Source of the DNA: Hydrolagus affinis | Lineage: Eukaryota | Assembly: GCA_012026655.1 (NCBI GenBank) | Contig: JAAILG010001416.1 | Coordinates: 1 to 64,000 of the forward strand | Direction of reading: 5' to 3' | DNA length: 64,000 bases | Part shown: positions 26,230 through 40,069 of the stretch, piece after piece | Position numbering within the stretch: position 1 is the stretch's first letter | Layout of the letters: each line of letters opens with the position of its first letter | Position numbers and translations under genes: made by a program | Notes under the pieces: model-generated | What the model saw: only the letters and a program-made list of their open reading frames with translations | Database searches by the model: none | What the model was told of the DNA's origin: nothing

Positions 26230-26565
26230 TTAGATGGTGGAAGGCTCTTCTCCTTGGTATAGGGATCCATTATAAGGGGATGTAGCCATAAAATCGAAAT
26301 CGATGGTTAGTACTGAGGTCAGGCGCGTTTCTTCGCATAGAGAGAGATTTGCGAAGATGTGATATGTTCTGCCTCCAAAAATTTGTATTGGTGAAACTCG
26401 TAGACATGAATATTTGAAAGAGAGCTGCACAGATACATAGGTAGTATGGTTAGTAAAGGTTATGGTGAAAGGGAGAGGCATTAGAATTTAAAAATCTGCC
26501 AAGGTCTAATAAACTGAGAGAACACAATCAATGGGCTGAGTGGCCTTATCCTGTTTCTATTTTTC
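26230..26565 (+). mobile_element. CR1 3' end
   Basis: Ends atgggctgagtggccttatcctgtttct, a typical CR1 3' terminus. Confidence 0.6.
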
Positions 26566-28276
26566 TTTGTTTCCCAAAGCATCTTAGATAAAAAAAAGAC
26601 AAGAATAAAAAGACATTGCAATCCACAAAATGATTGTGGGACATTGCTGTGCGCAATTATCTGTCGCATTTCTCCCACAAATTTACAGTCAATTAACTTT
26701 ACATTATATTCTGTGAAGCACTTTGAGGCGTCGATAAGATGCATCGATAAAGGTTACGGTATGTGTGTGTGTGTGTACACATACCGTAACCCATCCTGCT
26801 TAAACTCTCAGATTCCCCTCAACCTGGCTAGACTGATTACTTCCTTCTTGAGTAGGTTAAATAATAATAATATTCCTTGCATTTAATATAGCACCTTTTC
26901 ACATCTTCAAAGCATCTCAAAGCGCTTCAAGGAAAATACTGTAAAGTGATTTGACTGTGTATTTGTGGGCAAAATGATAAATATCTACCTGACTATTCTA
27001 TGGTTTTCTGTAGTAGTGCCACCCATAGCCGCACTTTTTTTTAAATATAAAGTGAAAATCTGCCTTTACTGGTTTGCCTACTAGTTGTATGAAAAATGAG
27101 TGGGCCAATGAACTGGTGATTATTAGTGAGGCAATGGCATCACCTCATAAAACGCAGCAACTTGCAAATAGATTTTAATTTCGTACAAGATAGACAATGT
27201 TTGAACTACTGTTTGTACTAAGTGTAAGTGACACTAAGTGCTTTGCAAACACAGCTCCTGTAAGTTACCATTACCTAAAAGTGTATATGGAGACATGGTG
27301 GAGACTTTAATTTTCAAAAATGCTTAGTTGTACACTCAGCAATATTACATCCATTTAACCCAATTTAGTTCATTTTGCTACCTGTTGTTTTTAAGCTTTT
27401 GCTTTGCTTTCAGATTATTAGAGATCTGTCTTCTTTTCTTAAAAATGGCTTTGAAACCTCCTCTGCTTTTAGAAGGTAAAGCTTAAGAGGTTCTACAATA
27501 ATAGACTTGGAAGATTCTGAGAGCAGCTGTCTCATAAATTAATTATTAGTGACAAGTTTATATTGTATAAATCTAAATGAGTTGAGAGTATGGTCCATTA
27601 CCAGCTAACTACATGAGGTATTTGTCATTTTACACTCTTCAGTTATTTTTTAGTGAAGTGTTAAAAACGTAAGACTTTTCTCTTGGATGACATTGAGAGA
27701 TGCTGTCTGATTTTAAGAGAGGTAAAGGCCCATATAAATGTTTCACTAAACCTAAGTGTTACTCATTTGACAGTTATGTGCACTGTCATTCCACGGGCTA
27801 TTTACTTATCGCAATAAACAGATGAAATATGTCAACCACTGTGGTGCCCTTTCAGTGCATCGGGCTTTTTGGACCCTGCAATTTTGCTCCTTGTAAATGT
27901 TTTGCACAGAAATGTTTTGCTACCCTCATACACTATAGAGGAACCTGGTGATGCTTTGGTCAGCTAATGCATAGGAACAGATATTACCAAGCAGGACTTC
28001 TAAGGGAATAATATATGGAGGGATCAGAATAAACATTCCTAGAGAGAATTTATGACTATAAAAATATCAATGTATTTAAATTTTTGAATAGTTCTCGTAT
28101 GTAACTACAGTACAAGGATATTTGTAGTGAAAGTGATACTTGATACTTGGGTCATTGTTAGTTTTGCATTTATTAAAAGTTTGTTTTTAACAATAAGACA
28201 TTGTGGGTTCAAGTGCTCTAGAACACTACCCCATGTGTAGGGCGCTGTATAAATACAAGTTGTTGTAAAGATATGT

Positions 28277-28652
28277 GGATTCCTATAGCTTAGTGGTTAG
28301 AGCACTCGCCTCGCAAGCAACAAGACCTGGGTTCGATTCCAATGAAGGAAACATTGGGCAACTGCTCTTACTCCACCCACGTTTACTTCGCAGTAAAGAG
28401 GAACCTGGTTGTTAGTCAATCGGCGGATCTGGGGGGTAATATTCCCTTTCTGGGGGATAATAATCCCTTCAAAATTAATAATAATAATTTCGTCATTTGA
28501 TTTACAACAGTTTGTGGTACACTGCTGTGTGCAATTGGCTGACCCGTTTTGTTACAAAAATATAGTCAATAAGTTTTGCACTATATCCTGTGAAGCGCTT
28601 TGAGACATCTTGAAGACATGATAAGGCACTGTATTAAATGCACGGTTATTAT
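28277..28652 (+). mobile_element. Full-length tRNA-headed SINE
   Basis: ggattcctatagcttagtggttagagcac...gggttcgattcc (clear A and B boxes), core and tail. Confidence 0.85.
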
Positions 28653-29543
28653 TTTTACATCTCCAAAAATCTGAAACTTTGATTTGAAAAATGTTGTTTG
28701 AATGCACAAAGAGTAACATTGAGGGCAGTTGGAATAAGGGTTTATGTATAATTTTAAACTAGTTTCTTTGGAAAATATTTTGTGCAACCAGATTATTTGG
28801 AGCAGTGCTGCAGTGTATTGTATTTCATGTATTGGTAAACACGTGTTCATTTTATAGTTTGGGATTCACAGGAAATGGGTGTAGAACAGAAGACCAGGGG
28901 CTAAAATGCTGGACTCATCTAGGTCTTGATGTTTTGATGGGAGGACTGCAGAGTTTTTATTGAAGAATTAGGTCAAATGGGCATGCTTCATCTGAACTAA
29001 TCTTGTGAATATTGTTCCACTTGTTTCAGAAAAAATAAACAGAATTGACTAACTACTTGTATCTATCCAATCAAGACAGTCTTGATTGAGGCCTGGGAGC
29101 TTGTGTCTATCTGTCATATTGAGTGAATGCATGTTGTATAGTGAAGACATGAAAGGTGCTACTATATACAAATGTAATTTTGTTGTTGTTGAAGAGACAG
29201 TCATAAAAGTAGAGATAAGAGCATTATGAACTAACAAAAATGGGCTGGTTCTAGTAATTGTAAATAATAATAATCCTTAAATTTGAGTTAGCACTTTTCA
29301 CGTCTTCTAGACACCTCAAAGCGCTTCACAGAATATACTATAAAGTGAATTGACTATATTTAATAAATGCATAATTATATACTGTAACTGGTTTGGACAA
29401 AGCAAAATAACACATAATATAGCTTACCTGAAAATACCAAACAAACATGAATTGAAGTGATAATTTAAATAAATAAATTTTGTACTATATGTGCTCTATC
29501 TTCATTTATGTAAATGTGTTTTTTTCCCCCTCACTATCTACAG

Positions 29544-29775
29544 GTTACCACTCCGGTATTTGTTCCTTCAAAATCATTCGAACTGCTCCATCGGATGTCT
29601 GGTAAAGGCCTTGGGGCTCAGTATCACTTTCCACGTCAGCCTTGCATTTACAGCTCAAAAATGGTGTCTGTTCAGATCATGCTAACTAACACCTCAGACA
29701 AAGAAATAACCAACATTGAAATGGGAGAGCGAAAACTTGCACCAGGAATGCAGATTCACGACTTCCACAAGCTAG
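29544..29775 (+). CDS. AP3B1: AP3B1 coding exon, start of the ear/appendage domain
   Basis: ctacag| acceptor and |gtattt donor. VTTPVFVPSKSFELLHRMSGKGLGAQYHFPRQPCIYSSKMVSVQIMLTNTSDKEITNIEMGERKLAPGMQIHDFHKL. LLHRMSGKG fits beta-3A rather than beta-3B. 232 nt, phase 0 to 1. Confidence 0.97.
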
Positions 29776-29822
29776 GTATTTTTTTAAAAAAGCAGGGAAC
29801 ACAAGCGTAATTTTAATATAAA

Positions 29823-30176
29823 GAATAATAATAATAATCCTTGCATTTGATATAGCGCTTTTCACATCTTATCGACGTCCCAAAGCGCTTCACAGAATAT
29901 GCTGTAAAGTGAATTGACTGTATATTTATGGGCGAATCGTGGCAGCCAATTGCGCACAGCAGCAAACACAAACAGTGTCCCCCACAAACATTCATGGATT
30001 GAAACGACCAATTTTATGATTGTGTTTTTTTTGGACAGATTATTATTAGGCATGTGGAGTAAGGTAACTTGCCCAAGGTTTCGCCCTGACCTGCCTGGAT
30101 TCGAACACAGGTCTCCCCAGCTTGGTCTCCCCAGCTTGCAAGACAAGTGCTCTAACCACTAAGCCACAGGAGCTCC
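29823..30176 (-). mobile_element. Full-length young tRNA-headed SINE
   Basis: Near-consensus reverse complement, with a 14-bp tandem duplication gtctccccagcttg in the head. Confidence 0.88.
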
Positions 30177-31637
30177 ACATTTTATATTTTGTTTCTTCAT
30201 TTTTCTGTACCAAATTTGAATTGTTTTCTAAACTTCATCCCTGGCAGCTTTCCATGTTGATGAAGTTGTTGCTAGCTGATTTCTGCATTTGTTGACTCAA
30301 CCTTATTTTTTTTCCCTCCCTCAAAAGGATCTCCTTGCTCCACTGAGTAGCTCCTTGCTGACAGTCAATAGACTATCCCCCATCTACCCCACAATTTAAT
30401 CTAAGACATATAATTTGAGTTTTGTATATTTATTGTTTTTTTTTGTTTCAGGCCTGCTTTTCTGAGATTTCTTTGCACTAGTTGTATCACCTCCTAAAGT
30501 ATAATGCCGCTCCCCTATTCTCCATTACTCCCGCACTTAAGTTGACATTGAAATGAAAGGAAATGAAGTCCTGACCAGTGGACATATGCACAATTACCGG
30601 CCTGCTGCGTTGTATGGTGCAAAACGTAATCTTTATCCATTGAAACGTGCAGAAGAACTTAATTTCCTGCAATTCAATGCAGTCTTGACCCGTCACCGCA
30701 TACCTAATTACTGGATGCAGTGACGAAGTATCGCTTGCATACTTACTGGCCGCATTCAATTACGCATGTGCAGTTGGGATTATTGATTCAATCTGATTTT
30801 GTACAATTTATACAGTTGGACTGCAACTCAGACTTTGTGTAAGTCATATTAAATGTTATGGCCCTTATGGGAGTTTTACTGTTGTATACAAGTGTTAAAT
30901 ATACTGGGGCTGTGGTGCTCTCTCATGAATCTGATATTAACCTTTTTTTCTAGCTTTTCTTCTCTTTTAGAATAAGGTGCCCCTAATCTTTGTTTGTCAT
31001 GCATCCCTTGTGAGGGTCCAGACAAGCCATCTGTCTTTTAATGAGTCCTGAAAGGTGAATAAAAATAACCGTGCCATCTGATGTCCATCCTTGTCCTTTC
31101 TAAAGACAAGTCATGGATCTGACCTACTCCCCCAATTTCATCAGAGTGGTTGGATCCAAAATGACTTTTAGCTATATATGTCTCAATGAAAAACATTAAG
31201 AGCTAGACCAATATTCTATTGTGACCAAGCTTTGTCTATTCTAGACCAAGCTTTGTGGCCGACTGTTTGAGTTGAGTCAGAATCATATCTGTAATCTGCC
31301 TTGTTCTAAATCTACTTATTTATTATTTAGTTATTTATTACTTTTATTATTTATCAATGCCTTGATAAGGTGCTATATCAAATGCAAGGATTATTTTCAA
31401 GATTACTATATCAATTGCAAGGATATATTTTTCAGTGATGTATTTGCTATTAACAGTGATAATTATCACAGCCCACCTTGCAATTGTCACCTCTTAGGAA
31501 AGTGGATTTCAAATTATGGACGTTGAAGGAGTTTCTTGTCTTTGATTCAATATTGTCTAGATTGGGGAAGCCAAGAAATTACCATATCTTCCATTTGTAC
31601 AAGTGCAAATTTTAACCTGCACTACTTTCTGTTTCAG

Positions 31638-31722
31638 ATTGCCTTAATGTTGGAGAGTCTAAGACAGTTTCAATGGGAATTGACTTCTGTGATTCCACAC
31701 AGGCTGCCAACTTCCAGTTGTG
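31638..31722 (+). CDS. AP3B1: AP3B1 coding exon
   Basis: gtttcag| acceptor and |gtaaga donor. (D)CLNVGESKTVSMGIDFCDSTQAANFQL(C) contains the conserved MGIDFCDSTQ. 85 nt, phase 1 to 2. Confidence 0.97.
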
Positions 31723-32519
31723 GTAAGAGCTCCTCATTTACTGGCTTGTCTCCTTTCTGATGAAACACACATGCAAATATTCTGTTTGAGTTCATGAACA
31801 TAAAGAGAATTAATGCAAGCGATTGAGATGGGGTTGGATTTGTTTTACTGCCTATCGTGTATTTTGTATTCACGTTAACTTTGCTTGCACACAGATTATT
31901 GTGGATGCTCTATGCAGGAGTTTGTAACACTAGTTGCAAATAACATTTTGGGCTAGTAACTAACAGTATAAGTTCTGATGCTTTGTCAATTAAAGCTGCA
32001 ATGTTTAAATTCTATATCAATGCTATATTCATACTGGAGTGTTAAGCATAACAAGGACATTATTACCTTGACGGGGTTCTTCTGCAGTACCACATGTCTA
32101 TCACTAGAGGAAGCTCTACTGTTTCTTTATCTCACTCAGGTATTTTAGTGGTATGCACTAGTACTCTGCATTTCAATAATAATCTATGCATTTGACGTAA
32201 TGTCTTTCACGTCAGGCACTTCATAGGATTTATTGTAAAGTGTAGCAACTGTATATTTTCTGGCCATATATTTAACAAACAAACTGATGTAAAATGCTAT
32301 AAGTGCGGCCTGAACAAGAATGTCTACAAGCAGATTATTCAGGGCGAAGGTTGCTGCACTGGTATTTTAGCACAATGCATGCTATTTTGGCAATTTAGGA
32401 TTGTTTCAGTGAGCTGAAAACAAATTGACATTTAATTGTTAGTCAATTTTATTATATGGTTGTATTATGTTGTATTTTTTCAGTGTTTAAATAAAGAAGT
32501 GAAAACAGCAGGAAAATAA

Positions 32520-33290
32520 GACAACAGTAACAAATTGTATTTGTATAGAGTACTCCCTTTCATATCAGGACATCATTCCATGGCACTGGACAGTCAATGG
32601 TTTGCACACAAGTTGGATATTGGAATCAAGGAAGGGTGGTCGATGAGGGGGTTAGGAGGATTACCGAACTTAAGGTCAAAGAGAAAGATCTAGAGATGGG
32701 CCTTGAAAGAGGCAAAGGGACTCTGTGATTAAGTTCCAGAGAGTGGGGGAGGCTGAAGGCTCAACTGCCACTGGTGGGGTGGGTAGGGTGAGGCCATGAA
32801 GCAGACCTGTGCCCATTGAGCGGATGGAGTAGACAGGTAGGTAAGGTTTCAGTGATCACAGAGTTAGCAAGGAGTAGGATCGTGGAGGGCTTTATAAGGA
32901 CGAGGATCTTGAACCCGATTCTGTAGGGATGGGGACGCAGTGAACCCAGGCGATGGTGGGGGTGATTAGCTTATGGAGCTTGATGCAATCTGCAGCTTGT
33001 AGAAGGAAGAGTTGGGAAGTCCAGCAAGCAGGCAGTTAGCAAAGTCAAGCCTGGACTTAATGAAAGCGTGGATGAGGGATATTCAGTGGCCTGAGGGGAG
33101 AGGTGGTAATGGAGACAAGCAACGTTGTGGAGGTGGGGGAACGATGAAAAAAGTTGTGAGGCTTAAAGGACAGTTGAGGGTCGAATAAGACACAAAGGTT
33201 CTGTACTTGCTCGGTGAGGTGGAGAGTGCATCCATTAACAGCTGTCAGCGACTGAAGTGAGGAAGCGATGACAGGAGCCAAACAGAAGGA
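32520..33290 (-). mobile_element. L2 LINE 3' fragment, old
   Basis: Reverse-strand VQNLCVLFDPQLSFKPH motif and acaacagtaacaaattgtatttgtatag tail. Confidence 0.75.
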
Positions 33291-35149
33291 ATGAAACATC
33301 AATGAAGGCATAAGGCGTGTGTGCGTAACATAACTGGTTGGTGATTCCATGTTGACCATTGCCTGCTGTATTATTAAATTAATATTGAACTGCTTTACCA
33401 GGTTGCCATGTTGGAAAGCATGTTAAATTGCATAGAATTGGGTTGTGTTGTACTTCATGGACATAAACAGAGTGGCAGTTTTCCATAGTGGAGGAGTCGG
33501 GTTGGAATGGACTCTCTCCACTGGGACAATAAGAGTTCTTTTTCCAATAAACAGCTATCCAGAGATGCACATTGTGCCAAAATATACAGTCAATTCACTT
33601 TACAGTATATTCTGAGAAAGTGCTTTGAGACATCTCAATGATGTGATAAGGCACTATATCAAATGGATGGATTATTATTATGACTATACTCTAGATCAGG
33701 ATGGTACTCAAACTCTTCTTCAGTTTCTGAAGTGATGTGGTAACAGCCTTATGTGGCACATGATCTCTTGGTGAGGGGAATTTATTTCCACTTAAAGGAA
33801 TAAACTCTCATCAGATTCCAGTGGGTGAATGCCCTGCCATTCTCAAACCTCCTGTGTCTGGTTTTTCACTGGATCCTCTTCCCGAGGGGATTGCTGACTG
33901 AGCTAGATTGAGATCTGGCATCTCAACCACCACACATTCTGACAGGCACCATAACATTTGAAAAGCTTGGTTTGGAAGAACGAGAATTCAAACAGTTGAT
34001 TCCAATATCCCTTCATCTATTGTATAATTGTGTTAAATCAGGACATTGGTACAGACATACCAGATTGCTGTGTTAGGTTATATATTGTGCTACACAGCGG
34101 ATGGGACCTTTTGAAAGCTACCACTGTCTAATCCTGGACCATATGAAGTCTAATGCTACTCCATTGAGATGGTGGTAATTGTTTGCTCCAAGTATTTGTT
34201 TGATTAAACTGAGACTTTGAACCATAGCAATGGGCATGTTTTCACCAAGGTTCCCTTCTCACTTGTCCATTGGGAAGGGGAGAATTCTGGAATGAGTGCA
34301 TAGTAAAATGATTGGTCTTGGGCTTGAGAGAACAATTTAGAGATATGGATGATACCAGAAAGGACTGAGAAATGAGGATCACATGCTTCTGTTGTAGTGG
34401 TATAATGTTGTGCTTGTTTTCTTTTGAAATAAGAACTGTAATATTCTAGAACAGTGGGAGTTCAAAAATGCTTTAAAACATTAATATCCTGTACTTGAGT
34501 CTCATCCTGTGAGCAATAACTTTAGAGTGAATTGGGAGGCTTTCATACATTTTCAATTGCATTGCAACAACCCTACCCAAATATACCAGTAGCTTAAGTA
34601 AATTATAAATCAATTCAACTACTGTAGATTGTGATTTTTTTAAAATTCCACATTGAGGGTATTAATTGTACTAATTTCTCCCATATTTGTAGGATATATA
34701 TGTTACAAATATCTATCTCCCATATTAAGTTTATTAATATTTTAACTGCTCAAATCATGTGTAGTTGTGTACTATAAGGTAGCATCAAATTACATTTTTC
34801 AAATTTAGAATTTTTCTAAATTCTGAAGAAAGTTTTTGTTTTTAAAACAAAATTCTCAGCATGGGAACTCTTTTTAATGTCCATTTTGGGAAAAGTCTAC
34901 AAAATGCAAATTTTCTACAGAAAACTATCCTTTCATCTCCTTTCACACAACTATAACCATCAGTTAATCTATAACCAATAGAAAAAACTTAAATAACTTG
35001 CAGCATTCTCATTTTTAGTTTCAAGCTAGAAATTTGGAGGGTACCTCCTTTGGTCAAACTATTAAAATAACCGTAAATTCTATTTTGAAATACCTCTGAA
35101 TACCTCTGCTCATCATGTATGTCTCCTGCTTCTTCCAAAGAAGTATTGA

Positions 35150-35490
35150 ATCTCTCAACAAATTCAATTGATCTTTTACCAGTGTAATCACAATTACTCA
35201 CCTCCTTAATTGGCCTGCCCGAAATCAGAAAATGGAAACTGATCGGCAGCGTTCCGATCAATAGATTCAGAGCGATACAAGCGAGGGCAGGGAGATGGAA
35301 GTAATAGCGAGATCAATCGGCTAGAGGTGTCAATCATTGTGCGTCGTTTCGCATGACAAACATTTTGCTTGCCTGTAGTGGGATCTCTCTTACAATGTGT
35401 GGACCACCTCAGATCTGGGAAGAAATAAATGCATAAATTCCTGAGATGGATGTCGCTGTATATAATATCAGCATCTGAAATGTTTATAAG
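35150..35490. promoter_or_regulatory. Putative conserved non-coding element or enhancer
   Basis: Repeat-free, CpG-retaining, with homeodomain TAATT, ATCAAT and reverse TGATTGACA motifs. Conservation is inferred, not measured. Confidence 0.45.
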
Positions 35491-36078
35491 ATACAGTCAT
35501 TACACTTTACAATATATACAGTGAAACACTTTGATACTTCCTCCCATTGTTAAAACTACAATACCAAATGCAAGTACACTACTGTATTATGATTATTATT
35601 ATTAACAACCCTTTATATGATCATTTTATATTTACACTGATTAACAGGATTGCACAATCTGTGTGTTCCTACCCTGTTACACAGTTTTGAATTGCATCTC
35701 ATTTAAATATTAGTGAACTGGTTCCTTGCTCGGAACTGGTGTGTGCAAATGTCACATCCAGCCCTATATTTAGAAATGACCGGTGAGATGAAAATGTAAT
35801 ATTGGACTAGTTAAAAATTATAGACAGCATTTGAAAATGACTGATTGATAGGATGAAACTATAGTTGGGGACGAGGCAAAATTATAGATACTTAAATATG
35901 AAATGTTGAAAGCAGTTCATCATTGACACATTTCAGTCTAACCAAGTAGGTTTTTCAGTTGGCATGCAAATGAGAGCAAAATGGAGCAATAACAGCTTGA
36001 TGTGGTATTAATATATACTGCACATATTAAACTTGATTGCACTTGATTCATGAGCCTTTTATTTTTAATATTTTCCAG

Positions 36079-36176
36079 CACACAAAATGATCAGTTCAGT
36101 GTCACCATCCAACCTCCAGTGGGAGAGCTGCTCCTACCAGTCACCACATCCGAGAAGGATTTCAGGAAAGAACAAG
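36079..36176 (+). CDS. AP3B1: AP3B1 coding exon
   Basis: ttttccag| acceptor and |gtgagt donor. (C)[32 protein letters not shown](G). 98 nt, phase 2 to 1. Confidence 0.97.
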
Positions 36177-39100
36177 GTGAGTCAGCTGACTTTTAATCTG
36201 ACCTCTGCTCAAACTATGTCTGATCTTTTTCTTCATTAAGTGACAATAAAACTACTGACTTCATAACCAGGTTACAATACGAGGCAGTAATTGTCTGTTA
36301 TCATCCAATTGTCGGACTAGCTACAGTTCCATCGCAGTTGGCAATAGTTGGTTTCTTTGCAATAATCTGCTCGGTCTTTTTTTTTCCCCAGGTGCAGTAA
36401 CTTGTTTTGTGGCTTCTCACAATGAATGATGTAGTTTAGGGGAATGGAATACTTTTCCACTTTTGATGCATGTGTCATTCAGCACTCCAGGTGAAGTGCA
36501 GTTTGAGTAGTAGAATAAAATCTTCTTTGCTAACCACAGATTGAATGCACCGCCTCTGCATCTTGGACAATGCACAACCATAACAATTAATTAGCAATAA
36601 ATAAGTGTAAAATATATTTGAAATTGTATTTGCCTAAACTCTGCATGTAGGTAAGATAAGACTTTTAACACAAGGCTGTGGGGTTTTAGATCCATAGGCG
36701 TGCATTCAATCTGTCACAGCTGACATTAGGACTAGTTTTTCAATCAGCCAGTTTTGTCCAGGGATCAGTTGCATTCCCCAATATGTCAGCAGGCTGGACA
36801 CTCCAGACTGCCAGATAGCATAGTGTAGGTGTTAATGGGGGGAGGGAGGAGAGAAAATGCAAATGTTTGAGATTATTTTATATCTGGGATGCATTCATTT
36901 GCCAGTTTGATATAATTTTCCTTCCATTTCCTCTTCCTGCTTGACTAATGGGAAAGCTAAAACTGTATTGCTTTGGTTTATTTTCTATGAATCTCCAGAA
37001 TTCAAGGGATGCACTGAAACAGAGGTTTAGTTTATTTCCAATGCAATTTTAGTTACTCCTACAAATAATACCAAGATTAAACTAAGCCTGGGAATGCTAC
37101 ACATTGAACAGCTTTAAATAAGAATCATAGAAACTTTGAAGGTCATTTAGCCTATAATCTGTACTGGTGTTAGCTTCTCCACTGGAGCTATCAACTCTAA
37201 TTTGCTTCCTCTGCTCTTTTGCAATAGCCTGTAATATTATTTTTCTTCAATTTGATTATCCAGTTTACTTTTAAATGCTGTTATTGATTCAAAAGCTATT
37301 TAAAGTAAAGCATTCTACATTCTAGAAGCATTTGATATGAAAAATGTCTCCCTTTTTTCTTCTGGTGTTAATCTGGCTCATTTTTGTTCCTGGCTCATTT
37401 TTCAGTGAAAACAGTATTCTCTCTCTTTTCCCTTTCAAAACCAATCATAATTGTGCTTGCAATAAACAATAGCACGCACCACACGAGCATATTGTTGCAT
37501 GTCCACCTTGAGGTACGTATGTATGAGATTCCCTTTTAAATGCTACTCTGGAATGTCGCTGACTTAAGAAGGTTTGTTTGTGTTTTGAGTTCACTTTCAT
37601 GTGGCCGTTAAATGTTGTGATTTAAGTTTAGACCAACTTTGCATTGGTCTAGAGATGCAAAGTTTAAAAGCTGGATGCTAGCATATGGAGTATCTAATGG
37701 ATCATCTCTCTAATATTACCTTTCTTGCTGTTCTTACCCTTCTGCTGACAAAAGCCTGTCTCTGTGCTTTCCACTACTTCTGCAATGACAGGTGAGTGCA
37801 TGTCCAGCTTTAGCGGCTGCTTTATTAACAACTATCCATTGCTTTATTGTTCATCTGCCTTACAAACCTAAGCGAATGTTGCTGCTAAAATTGCCTTTTC
37901 TATTTCTGTTCTCTTCCTGTGCACCTTGGGTTTGGTTACTTTTTGTTTGCTTTTGTTGTAACTGAACCATTTTCCTGATTAGTCAAACAGAACCATCAGT
38001 TCACAGAAGAAGTGCTCACTGAGAATTAAACTGAGCCTCACTGGAGTTCTTGCCAAAATTCCTTTTTCTTTTGCTATTTTCCCTGTATGGTTGTTGATTC
38101 TTTCTGTGAGTAAATGTGGCAGCTATGTGCTATGTTTAATCGACCAGAAAGGTTACTCTGAATAGGGTTTTTTGAAAAGTTATGTTTTTATGCAATATTT
38201 CTAATGCAGAGCCCCACTGAGTGGAAGTCAATCTTCCTCTGAAGGGATATGTCCAGATTTCAGATTTGATATCCAAAGAAATCGCTGATAAATTAATTTT
38301 GTCTTTCTTTGTTTTTCTTTGACCAGTTTCAACAATTATTTTGCTCACTCATTAAATCAACTCTGTGCCATGCTCCCACTTGTAAGTCATACAATTAATG
38401 CTGTTCAGTAGGAAAGCTATGTGCTAAAACAGTACTGAGATGTAAAAGATTAATATGCTATGTAGTATAAGTGCAGAGCATTCTGAGTAAGTGGGCCCTG
38501 GTTTGAAGCTGGAAATTCCTATTTACCATTCTTACTGTGTTCCAATGCATGCGGTAAATATCCTAGTCCAAACGTAACATTTATTGACAAATTAATTATT
38601 AATTTATTAGTATTCGACTCCATTACATTTACAGCTTCAGTGATTCTTTTTTCCCATTTCTTTCAAGTAAATGAGGAAAGATTGAAGCTACTCTGAGGCC
38701 AAAAATGGTCACTAAGTATTTTTAAATGAGTTGGAATTTTTAAATTTAGTCTGGAAATCACAATAAATTGTGAAATGTCTCTGCAGGAAGAAATGAATTG
38801 GGTATTGAGGGCGAGGGTGTTTTTGATGTTTAATTTATCTCTGGTCCTGTAGAGAACTGACTCAAAAAGACTGTCACGGCTAAGGTCTGATTGTCAGCAT
38901 GAGTGAATTGCAGCATTGGTAAGAACATTGTTTAACTTCACATGTCAGGGATATCAAGACTGGATAAAACATGCTGTTCAATGTGCTATAAACCACTACA
39001 GCTACATCTGTGCATATATATGTGTTTCACACAATAGTCATGGATATCAATTTAGGATTATAGTGACAACCCATCATCGTAACATTAGATAAGTTAGTTA

Positions 39101-40069
39101 TAGCATAACATTATTTGTGTTTAGTGTTGTCAAGCAATGAGGTTCAGTTTTCAAGATTACTAAATGTGTTTGAAATATCTGCTTTGGTGTTTTTTATGCA
39201 AGATAGGCATCTTACATTTCAAGTATAAAGTCTATGATTGGATGACAGTACAAACGTTAAAAGGGAATGTACAGAATAGAAACAGGTCACTCGGCCTGGC
39301 CAGTCTATGCAGTGTTTATACTCTTAGCCTCCATCCGTACTATAAGAACATATGAGCTTTTTGATCCCCGACATATTCACCATTTTGTCACCGCAGGATG
39401 GTGATCAAGTCTCCTGGGTTCACTTTTGGTAAATTCGTTGGCATTTAGCTTCTTGCATTGACTTATAGTTGGATTTCAGTATTGTATTGTTACATTATAC
39501 ACCTCAGCTCCCACTATATGTGTTTTATTTTGACAGTTCCATTGGATTAATTGTTTGATTGCAGTATTACTCACTAAACGTCAAACAGTAATACACTGTA
39601 GTTTAACCTTTGGCATCAAACTTAATTATTAATCCTGATTCTCGAGAGTAACTCACAGTGTAGCCCCAGATTTGACTTCAGCAAGGGATAGGAGAACAAT
39701 ACATTGGTCATATGTAGATGTCACTACACATTGAACCTTTGGCATTGTTTTGTTTTCAAATTGTATCGCTCAACTTTGGTCCTGATTCTGCTGAGGTTAT
39801 TTGGGAAGCACAAATTGCAAGAGCAAAACAATGAACAGTTCAAATTACATGAGGAACATATGACATTATTGGGTCTACACATGTGGAACAAAACCATCTA
39901 TGGAAGAGATGTTCAGCTGTCAAGAAAGTAACTAGACGGTGCCATCACCAGCATGCCAAGAGCATAAATCCAGTTTGAATTTTTTTTTTGGTACAACATC
40001 ATTGCAGAAGCCTGGTATTTCAAACACTACCTCATAGTAATACTGTATATCCAATTGTGATAACACCTC

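Noticed and set aside
28277-28352. tRNA-like sequences with A and B boxes (also at 3100, 6224, 19380-19451, 30100-30176, 41010-41080, 59480-59546)
   Set aside because: Each is fused to the same SINE core and tail and lacks a complete acceptor stem, so these are SINE heads and not tRNA genes.
31223-31256. Short direct repeats (gaccaagctttgt twice; similar at 37374-37402 and 44288-44380)
   Set aside because: Simple local slippage duplications. They are not CRISPR-like arrays, as there are only two units and the context is eukaryotic.
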